DNA of 64,000 nt, from assembly GCA_977017575.1 (NCBI GenBank), contig CDRNVI010000029.1, positions 186,001 to 250,000 on the forward strand, read 5' to 3'. Of this stretch, positions 20,028-29,300 are shown in pieces. The stretch is from Paramoeba atlantica (Eukaryota; Protista; Discosea). Every line of letters starts with the position of its first letter. The stretch's first letter is position 1. The notes below the pieces were generated by a model. The model saw only the letters and a program-made list of their open reading frames with translations, was not told where the DNA came from and ran no database searches. A program made the translations under genes and the position numbers.

Positions 20028-22679
20028 ATGACGAGTTTCAATATGATGAATGCGCAGTATGAAGCAATTAGTGGCATTTCAACGGACAACTTGGCACCGT
20101 ACGCCCACGCTCAAACTTCATCACTTTTTCCGTCTCGGAATGAATCTCTTACTGAGCGCGTATTGAGTCGGGGAAGGCAGTGTCTAACTTCCGGGGATCT
20201 TACGGCCGGAGAGGACATGGTTCGAGAATTCCTTCAAATACCCGATTTTGCCGCATCAGAAGCTGTGGCTCGTCTGCACGCCTGCGTTTTGTGGTCCAAA
20301 GGACGAAAAGATGAGGCGCTTCGCAGGCTCAATGGGGCACTGCAACTTTACCCTCATTCCTTACCCTTATTGCTGCAGGATGCTTCTCTCAGTATCGACA
20401 GTGGTTTGTTACACCGAGCATGGAGTCGCTACGTCACTGCTGTAGAACACTACAAGCCGTACTCTCGTGAAGCGATCATAGGCCTCTCACTCATCTGTTT
20501 TATGCGAAACGAGCTGCCTAGCTGCTTAGAAATACTCAATCACCTCGAGGTACCGGAGGAAGAGAAAGTTCTTTTCGAGGCATTTCGCCATATAGTACAC
20601 CGGCTCTTGGATCCGACATCACACTCGGTTCTTGACCTGTCGCGCGTTTCCAACTATTTAAAAAACATAAACAGTAATTCTTTGTTGCTCTCGTGGTACT
20701 TGTGTGAAGCTTGCCTAGTAGCGGGGACGCACGCGATACCGTTCATTCAGGAGTGGATGCTGAGTATGGAACCCAACACGGAGGCTCTTGCGTATGTAGA
20801 GTACACCCTAGGCCGAATGTATCACCAAGCAGGACAATATGCTCTTGCTGAGGCGCACTATGGCAAAAGTCTGCATCTCCACAGTGATATTCCGTGTCCT
20901 GCGGCATGGGGGGCCTCGGTCACTGGCTTTCTAACCTCTACCGAAACGAATCTTCCCCTGGAGTTGCTTCGAAAACATTTCTCACTCGATGCGGGAAAGA
21001 CACTTGCGGCGATTTATTCGCAACAAGATGTACGGAGCGGTCGAGAAATTACTAAGGGGTTGACCCATCGAACTGGAAAATCAGACCCCGAAAGCTGGGC
21101 ACTTCGTGGAATGTGTGAAAAAGAGAATGCCGTCGCATCATTGCAGTCTTTTTCAATAGCGAAAAGTCTGTGTCAGGAACCGAACGAAGTGTTGGGTATG
21201 ATACTATTGAACATGTGCGCATTGCATTTGGAACAGGGACACGTGCAAGAAGCTCGTGCGTGCCAGGAGGAATATTCAACTACAAAGCACTCTGACGACA
21301 GTTCGAAATCCGTGCGCCACGAGGAAGATTTTATAGCTGCCTTCAACGCGGCAGCGCTGTTAGTAAGACAACAGTTGTGGACCGAAGCAAGAGACGCTTT
21401 TGAGAATCTATGCGCGAAGGTGGTCTCTTTAGAAGTTCTCATTTGCCTGGCGATATGCGAAAAACAAAACAACAATGAGGATCGCTGTAAGTCCTTATGT
21501 CGTTTAGTTCTCGAGCTCGACCCACGTCACACACTTGCGAAAGTAGTACTATGTTCGTTGCACACATTTTCAGGCCCACCCGTTGAGTTTGGCGACCACA
21601 AGGACAAGGTCGGCCATAGCCTTCTATGCCTTATGGAGGGAAACGCCTACTTTGAAGCGCTCCTAAAGCGAGAATCATCCTCTTCCGATGATATCCCCAC
21701 AGACTACCCCCTTCGCACCCTTTCCTGCTTTCGAAAAGCCCTGCAGCTCCATCCCACCTGTCTGGCAGCTCAGCACAACACGGCGTGTGTCTTGGCGCTC
21801 TGCGGCGAGTTGAGTAGTGCCCGTATTTTACTCGAGCTGCTCCTCGCGATGCATGCCTCCCCGGAGGCCGACCGACTGATTTCTCGAAATCTCTGCACGC
21901 TCCATCACGTCGATGGACATCTCCATCTCGCGACCTCAGGGTATGAGGAGGAGCTCGCGAGGATGTGCGCTTCAAGTGAACATGACTCCAATGGAGCGGC
22001 AAGTCCGTATCTCCATATTGGTTTCACCCTTGCGAGTTTATTCGTACAACAAAATCGACTCCGGGAGGCTCGGCAAACGCTTCAGAAAATTTGTGAAAAA
22101 ATACCCGACGGGACCGAGAACGTCACTGCGACATTTCAGCTCGCGGCAGTTCGTATCGCGGAGGTCGCAAACGTTGTGGCCTCTGGGTCGCGTTCCGCGG
22201 CACGACCCCCCGAACACTGGAAAGGGCTTTCACGAAAATTAGCCCATGTCAAGCGTACACTGCTGGATTTGTTACAAGCGAACAAGCAGCGGCCGACGCT
22301 CCCCGACTTAAATTTTCCTCAGCAAGCCATCGAACGCTGTCTGGTGATTACGAAAAAACTGGCAGAAGTGGTCGCGCGGCATGTGGTGAAAGTTCAAAAG
22401 TCGCATGTCAGGGAGCAGGCCTCCCGGGATCGGTTTAAGGAATTATACGAGCGCTCGCTGACCCAACACGGGAGTGAGAAAGCCAATGAGAGTGAGAAGG
22501 AGAGACAGCAGAGGGAGGTGTGGCAACAGCGCGCGAAAGAGCTCCAAGGTAAGCTCGCCGGGGGACTCTCGTCACAATACGGTTTTGAGATTCAACCTGA
22601 AAGGGGATACGCAGACGTGGGAGAAAGTCAAGATCCGGTAGGCTCGAGCGAGATGTTGGAGATTGACGATAATCCGTGA
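20028..22679 (+). CDS. TPR-repeat protein, CTR9 (PAF1 complex)-like
   Basis: Multiple TPRs; KALQLHPTCLAAQHNTACVLALCGELSSARILL...RNL resembles the CTR9 segment NLYAANGIGAVLA..G...ARDVF; charged coiled-coil C-terminus. Confidence 0.55.
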   Translation: MTSFNMMNAQYEAISGISTDNLAPYAHAQTSSLFPSRNESLTERVLSRGRQCLTSGDLTAGEDMVREFLQIPDFAASEAVARLHACVLWSKGRKDEALRRLNGALQLYPHSLPLLLQDASLSIDSGLLHRAWSRYVTAVEHYKPYSREAIIGLSLICFMRNELPSCLEILNHLEVPEEEKVLFEAFRHIVHRLLDPTSHSVLDLSRVSNYLKNINSNSLLLSWYLCEACLVAGTHAIPFIQEWMLSMEPNTEALAYVEYTLGRMYHQAGQYALAEAHYGKSLHLHSDIPCPAAWGASVTGFLTSTETNLPLELLRKHFSLDAGKTLAAIYSQQDVRSGREITKGLTHRTGKSDPESWALRGMCEKENAVASLQSFSIAKSLCQEPNEVLGMILLNMCALHLEQGHVQEARACQEEYSTTKHSDDSSKSVRHEEDFIAAFNAAALLVRQQLWTEARDAFENLCAKVVSLEVLICLAICEKQNNNEDRCKSLCRLVLELDPRHTLAKVVLCSLHTFSGPPVEFGDHKDKVGHSLLCLMEGNAYFEALLKRESSSSDDIPTDYPLRTLSCFRKALQLHPTCLAAQHNTACVLALCGELSSARILLELLLAMHASPEADRLISRNLCTLHHVDGHLHLATSGYEEELARMCASSEHDSNGAASPYLHIGFTLASLFVQQNRLREARQTLQKICEKIPDGTENVTATFQLAAVRIAEVANVVASGSRSAARPPEHWKGLSRKLAHVKRTLLDLLQANKQRPTLPDLNFPQQAIERCLVITKKLAEVVARHVVKVQKSHVREQASRDRFKELYERSLTQHGSEKANESEKERQQREVWQQRAKELQGKLAGGLSSQYGFEIQPERGYADVGESQDPVGSSEMLEIDDNP

Positions 22680-22959
22680 GTGTACAGTTTTTGTAGGTAC
22701 GATAAAGTAATGAGTTGGTCTGCGTGTAGTTTAGCATGCCGCACATCGTTGGTTTAATTTTTCATCATATCTGATATTTTGGTGCCTTCAACAAGCATTT
22801 GAAAGATAGTTCATAAGTTTACTTGCCGCCTGTTTCATATTCAGCCGAGTATACGACTTATCACTTCACGATACAAATGCGTAGTAAAAGGAATTTAAGA
22901 GTTTTAGCCCAAATACTTTAACTGTAAAACATTACAATAGAATATTAGCATTTAATTCT

Positions 22960-23757
22960 ATGGGCTACAAAAGCAACAATGAAAAAACAAAGAACGGTCT
23001 ACTGCCAAAGCAAATATACGATTTGTATCCTGTGTTTCATCCTATTATAGTGGAAGCCGCAAGCCTGATGAAATTTTCTTGGCATTGGCTATGTGAGAGA
23101 GTTGCCCCCCTGCCTCCCATTCAGCAGCACCACCAAGAAATCGCGCCGCTTCTTTTTGAACCCTTTGCCGCAGTAGTGATACATTTCAAGAGGGAGAAAT
23201 GTGGACAACAAGTTACAGCCGAATTCTTGGCGCATATTCCGTTTGAAATCTTACTTCCTCACCGAGGACTTTTGATAGTTCCTTGTGTTAGAAATTCTTT
23301 GCATGAATTTATTCTATTTTTTACAGGACGTGGATTTGAATATGTGGAATACGTTTCTGTAGTTTGTCATACTACTCAAAACACTGAAGCTGCCGCGCAG
23401 GCAGAACCTCCTAGTAATAAAGAGGAGGCTTCCGATTCCCCACAAAATTCTTTGTCAAGGGATACCACATGTATTTACGTTTTCTTCAAGAAATCCGTAC
23501 CCTCACTAGCACTCCGGCAACAATGTCACTCAGATGTGCTAATTTATTCACCCAGAGAATACTCACATGTTGCGGACAGAAAATGTGAAGACATACAAAG
23601 AAAGACAAGTCTTGACCGATGTGGGGGAGTGACATCTGCTTTGTGCGGAATAATAGAAGATTTGCTTCCCGTGGGACGGCTTTTGGAAATAACATGTGGA
23701 GTGCCAACCGTGAAAAATCGATGGGTCTCTCTATTAAGTCACTATCACGAGGACTAA
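22960..23757 (+). CDS. Divergent MT-A70-family (METTL3/14, MTA/AMT-like) protein lacking the DPPW catalytic motif
   Basis: Ordered motifs FAAVVIHF / VTAEFLAHIPFEILLPHRGLLIV / GRGFEYVEYVSVV / CIYVFFKK / LRQQCHSDVLI / IIEDLLPVGRLLEI / RWVSL follow the MT-A70 strand order; recognised by eye only. Confidence 0.5.
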   Translation: MGYKSNNEKTKNGLLPKQIYDLYPVFHPIIVEAASLMKFSWHWLCERVAPLPPIQQHHQEIAPLLFEPFAAVVIHFKREKCGQQVTAEFLAHIPFEILLPHRGLLIVPCVRNSLHEFILFFTGRGFEYVEYVSVVCHTTQNTEAAAQAEPPSNKEEASDSPQNSLSRDTTCIYVFFKKSVPSLALRQQCHSDVLIYSPREYSHVADRKCEDIQRKTSLDRCGGVTSALCGIIEDLLPVGRLLEITCGVPTVKNRWVSLLSHYHED

Positions 23758-23926
23758 ACCAAGATTCAGTTCTTGTTCCCAGAATTAACGTTCTTTTGCT
23801 TACCTTGTCTAGTATGTGGACGGTATTTTTTGAAGTATTCAATAGTTCTGTTTCCTTTAATAGCCATTTGTTTCGTTTAAATTTTAGACCATGAGTCGCA
23901 TTGGTAAATCACATTAAATTTGGAGA

Positions 23927-26011
23927 ATGGATCGCACTGTAAGATCACTGCTCGCGTGCAGCCAGAAGCTAAAACAATACTCAATGAACTATTCCAAGTG
24001 GAGAGGCCCTATGCAATTTGAGACGAAGGCGGGAAGGTCCAGTGACATTTCTTCCAGCGTCGTGCCCCCACCAAAGGTAGATAAAAAACTTACTTCCACG
24101 AGAGACAATCCGGGCATTGGACAAGTGTATGTCGTAGAAAAACAAGGTGCGACCGTTATACTCGGAGATCGGCTTTTTTCAGGACCGAGTGATACAGTGG
24201 AGCCGAACCCATCCGATGCTCAGAGAATAGCTCCTTCCGATCAATCGTCTCGTTCGTCGACGCGGGTGTTAGACCAAACTCCAATATTTGTGAGAGATGC
24301 GAATGGGCTGCAGATAACAAGTCCTCCTGTGATTGACAGTATCGATTCGGACCTACTTGGACATATTGACACAGACCTCGCGGAGAGAGTGCGAAAATAT
24401 TTGAGGCGCCATAAAATTTGGGAACTTTCTCCCGTACAGAAACATGCGCTTCCGGTTTTATTGCATCTACGAGAGGGACTTGTAGTTACTTCACCCACAG
24501 CCTCCGGGAAAACGTTTATGTACTGTCTCGCAGCCGTGGTCTATGTTGGTCAAAGCAGCCGGTTTCAACGCCGCATGAGTGATATGCACAACAAAACAGA
24601 AAAGAGTCAGCGAAAAGTGCCTGAGTGCTCCGACACAACTTGCTCCTACTGCGGTCTTAACATGGCTGTTGTGCGTATATGTCCTGAAAAGGGAGTTATG
24701 CACCCGGAGACGGATGAGGAGGGATTCCGATGTCTGCCCCCTGATGACTACGCACGGACATCTGAACCCCAAGTTATGATCCTCGTCCCCAGTCGGGAAC
24801 TTGTCAAGCAGGTACGTGATATACTCGAACCCATGACGCAGGGTCTCATGAAGGTACTCTGGCTTACTGGAAACAGTACGCCGGAAGAGAGAGCGTTGCA
24901 GCAAAAAAGAGCAGGTGGCGAGTGCGAGATAGTCGTGGGCACACCCACTCGACTTTATCGCGCATGGAAGAAAAATGACATAAAGCTGAACAGCGTGTCA
25001 CTCTATTTGCTTGACGAAGCCGATTTGCTGACGGAAATGACCTACATGGATGCGGTGAGACCATTCTTGAATCGTGCCGAAGCCACCCGAGCTTTGATGG
25101 GATTTATAACCGCTACGCTACCTAGGCCTTCACATGAGATTATGAAATCCTTTTTTAAGCAAGCGCAATCGCCCCACGTGGAGATATGCTCCGAGGGAAT
25201 ACTTGAGGGAAGACGTGATTACGCAAATCCGACGGCAGCAAATGCGGAGTTTCACGTCTATCTGATGAGTGAGACAGAAAAGACAAACTATGTTTTACAC
25301 GTGTTACAGCTCGCTACAGTAACCAGTCAATCACGCGTGATCATATTTTGTAATACGGCACGCACTTCTGCTTTTCTAACCGCTGAACTGTTCTCTATGT
25401 TGCAAAACAAAAATATTCGACTTTACGGCACACATGGCAGAAAATCGAACGAAATGCGAGACCGTGCGCTGCATCAATTTCAAGGCGCTCAAGGGTCGAG
25501 CATATTGGTCACGACAAACCTATCGAGTAGAGGCATTGACTTTTTAAACGTAGATCACGTGATATTGTTTGACCTTCCTGCATCGATCCACGAGTTTATC
25601 CATCGCTCCGGAAGAGCGGGCCGTGGTATGATAAGGGGTCACGTTCACTGCTTTTTCGTCCCGGAGGATAGACAGCTGGCTCGTCCATTGGTTCATTACC
25701 TAAAACAGTACTCTAGTAGTTCCACGATACCCTTGCGTCTGCAGGAATATGCCAATGAAACAGATGAAGAAATGTGGAAGAGAATGTTTACTACCAAAGC
25801 TCCAGGTGGACGCGCACTAAAAGACCGAAAGAGGTTTGAAACCTTTCGCAAACCGGAATATCGAAAGAATTCTAGTAAGTATCCGAGCCCCAAGCCACAT
25901 GGGTTGAAAAATCAACCCAACCCACGGCTATTTGATTTAGAGCACGGAGGAAGAGATCTTTCACGTACTCACCCGCTGCGATTGCGGAAGACGCGTTTTC
26001 CAAGACTTTGA
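23927..26011 (+). CDS. DEAD-box RNA helicase with Cys/His-rich insertion, probably mitochondrial
   Basis: Q motif (LSPVQ), SPTASGKT, PSREL, TPTR, LDEAD, TAT, SRGID, HRSGRAGR; insertion CSDTTCSYC...CP...HP between motifs I and Ia. Confidence 0.9.
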   Translation: MDRTVRSLLACSQKLKQYSMNYSKWRGPMQFETKAGRSSDISSSVVPPPKVDKKLTSTRDNPGIGQVYVVEKQGATVILGDRLFSGPSDTVEPNPSDAQRIAPSDQSSRSSTRVLDQTPIFVRDANGLQITSPPVIDSIDSDLLGHIDTDLAERVRKYLRRHKIWELSPVQKHALPVLLHLREGLVVTSPTASGKTFMYCLAAVVYVGQSSRFQRRMSDMHNKTEKSQRKVPECSDTTCSYCGLNMAVVRICPEKGVMHPETDEEGFRCLPPDDYARTSEPQVMILVPSRELVKQVRDILEPMTQGLMKVLWLTGNSTPEERALQQKRAGGECEIVVGTPTRLYRAWKKNDIKLNSVSLYLLDEADLLTEMTYMDAVRPFLNRAEATRALMGFITATLPRPSHEIMKSFFKQAQSPHVEICSEGILEGRRDYANPTAANAEFHVYLMSETEKTNYVLHVLQLATVTSQSRVIIFCNTARTSAFLTAELFSMLQNKNIRLYGTHGRKSNEMRDRALHQFQGAQGSSILVTTNLSSRGIDFLNVDHVILFDLPASIHEFIHRSGRAGRGMIRGHVHCFFVPEDRQLARPLVHYLKQYSSSSTIPLRLQEYANETDEEMWKRMFTTKAPGGRALKDRKRFETFRKPEYRKNSSKYPSPKPHGLKNQPNPRLFDLEHGGRDLSRTHPLRLRKTRFPRL

Positions 26012-26373
26012 TACCATCACGATTGTTCAGCATTGGAGATTAAAGTACCCCGCAATTTAGTGAGAGTTGTCATTGCATATCTTCTCATCATAGACAACAT
26101 TAGAGAGGACAAAAAACAACCTTTCGAAATGTTTATCTTTGCATCAGCAAATAGTCCAACGACACAGCGGAATCTTCCACTTACCTCACGACTTTCCACT
26201 TATCAAAAATATCTTTATCCTGGCGGATAAGTACGTAGATACCCTTATCAAAGAGCGACGTCTTGTAATTCTTCTTTAACTTTAACTTTATCTTCACATA
26301 CATGCAGTATTGCATGTATTTTTACCATTGTTTACCACGTTTTTAGTTCTTTCCTGGCTTCATTACACACACT

Positions 26374-29300
26374 ATGAATGCTCTTCTGCAAGACATCGAA
26401 TGTTTCGTCACTGCTAATACAGGGGAAGGTGCAACTTGTTCTCTTCACGACGTTCGCCTCAGCTTTACAAACGCTTCTAGACGAAGCATAGGAAAAACAA
26501 GAATTCCTTACAGGAGTGAACCGGATTTTCAAGTTCTTATTGCTGGATCCCTTATTGTGGACGAATACACCTGGCCTTGGGTGCGCAAAGAAATTTTGAA
26601 CAATCCAAACCTAGTGGTTGCTATAAAACGCCCACAGGAGACATTGCCATACGTCGTAAATGGTCGCTCCGCATCAAGTTCTACAGAATCGATAAGCGCA
26701 TTCGACGACGAGGTAATCGACTTATTTCCCGGAGAGCACTTGCTCTCCAAATTGCTTCTGTACTGGACAGCTGAGGAAGCAAAGTACGATGAGATAATGA
26801 AGGTTGCGCATCACATTTATGTATCAGGAAGGGTAGGGATTAGTTCGCACGATCTTGGGACGAACTTAAATATCTCAATAGTTAGTGTCATTAGCATAAT
26901 CTCACGCGGTCTTGAGCCATTTGGGCTTGTTTCGGCTTATAGTCTTCGAGGCAATAAAATATGGGTTCATGTAAGGTGGATCTATCCGGAGGGAAAGATG
27001 ACGATTTTTGTTGCATCGCCTGAAAACTGGATTTCTCCTTCCGCATCACAGCCGAAAAAACAGAAGCGTGTCAAAATGAAATCCACTACAACAGATACAT
27101 CGGTCTTACACCAGAATACTCCCAACGATTTGTCTACCTCTATGTTCATTCAAATTTTCAGAAATGCATACGTTCCGATACAATATTTCTCCTTGACGCA
27201 CTGTATCAAGCCGGCGATACTCCAGACCTTAAATATTCATATGTGGAACTCAGAACTTAATGTGTCTGAAACCGCATTACGTTTTCGATTTTTAGTAGAA
27301 AAGCACAGGCTTCGTCGCATAAAGGACGTCGAAGACTTATTCCAAAGCGAATCAACGAAGTTTGTGTACTGCAAGAGACCTGCAACAGGTTACAAGTTAG
27401 TGATCTCTACAAGATCAACGACTGACCGAAGTGCTCAAATAGGAGGTGTGATGCGCAACGTATGGGAAGTCGAACTGTACCCCTTACTCGTGACGCTTCG
27501 CTTGGTAGGAAAGGTGGTGGAAAGTGACGAAAGTTTGCAGATCATGCGAGGTAGGACGAAATCTTTGGTATTGGAGGGTGTTACAAGCGCGGAAATGCAT
27601 ACCTCTATGGATGATTCAACATCCACCAGAAAGTTGCGACGCTACTTCCTGCTTGAAATTTTGGCCCGAGCGCCCCACGGTGCGCTAGAAAGATACTCTC
27701 TGTATCAGTCAGTAAAGAAAAATTGTGGAAATTTGGACAAGAAAACGTATAATAGAATGCTACAAACACTATTGCGTGAGAAAGTTTTAAAATCCACGAC
27801 AGTTACCATACGAGGGGGTCCTATGCACTTAATATGCTATCCCGATCATGACGACAACGATATTATAGACGACCGCGCCGCATACAATAAAATACTTCAT
27901 CTTAACCTTGAAAACACACACAAGAGTCTGACAGTAAGCTTTGCGGGACAACCACCAATGAAAGAAAAAGGCCTGCAGTCATGGAGACCACCTGACGAAA
28001 GACAAAAGCATAATGAAAAGTTACGAAAAGAGCGACAAAAAATTAAGTTACGAAAAGAGGCAGCGTCATTGTTTCTCTCATCGGAGAAGATAGCGGAAAC
28101 ATACTATGTTGTCAATGTCAATGGTTTCATAAATTCGAGTTACGGAAGAGCACGAGTACTACACTATTTTTTGGTTGATTTAATTCTAAGAAAGATGCGC
28201 TTGCAATCGCTTGAGTACAACGGGCTACAAAATGTGCCGTCAATTGATACGGATAATTTATTAGAATTCTGTGGTACATTCGAGCTTTATCCAAGCGATA
28301 TAGTAAAGGTCATGAGTATGGAAATTGTTTGTGCCATTTTTCGATTCCCGATAGATTTCAGTCTGTTTTTTCCGATCGAAGCTGAGACGCATTCTTCATG
28401 TCAAAGGTTCTTGCAAAGGTTTATTCTTCCTAAGGAGTGCAGACAGATCTCTGTAGGAAATTTAAGGCGTGCGTCCGGAAAACGAGAAATACTACAAAAG
28501 GAAATCTTGAGACGACTCCCGACACTCTTTAATCGCCTTCAAAATCTTTGTCTTATAAATATCCACTCCTTTCGCCCGCAGAGCGGAGCTTTTTTAGGCC
28601 ATAACTCGTCTATAGGAAAAATTGGTGTTCTTTTTGAGGGATCCCTCTTAGGACAATTCCCGTTTGCAATTCCGCTACCTTTCGGACCTGAAGGTGAAAT
28701 TGAAAGATCACGACGAATTGAGGACGCGTTACGAGATATTTGGTATAAATGCTGCGATCATGTCGTCAGGAATTCACCTTCCATTGCTCGTCGACTGTTA
28801 GTTGACCATACGCAATTCATTACTTCATCTGAAAAGCAATATTTAGATGAACTTCCACTTGAACCGTACTATTTACCATGTTTTGATAATCTTTCTGTTC
28901 TCGAAGACAAATTTCAAGCCTACAGAAATTCCTTTACAAGATATTTCTTGCGACGCCGTGAGGAACACACACTCCGTGTATGTAAAGAAGGCAAGTTCAC
29001 TAATTCCATAGCCCTCGATGAAGGATTCCCTCTCGAGAAAGAAGTTGTTCTCACTCCTTGGGATGAGAGCATCAATAGTAATAAATTGTGTTTTCAAGCT
29101 GCGCAAAACGGAATCATTGCCTGGTGGAGAATTCGAAAAATGGAGAACATAGAGGGAACACAAGTGACAAAATCAATAAGTGTGAACAACCAAAATATTT
29201 CCCAGTTGGAAAGAGAATCCGACATTTCTGAGCGTAGAGGTACAGAAAAAGATCAATATGATCCATCCTATATGCCGGGACATGGAGAGAAATGTCAAAC

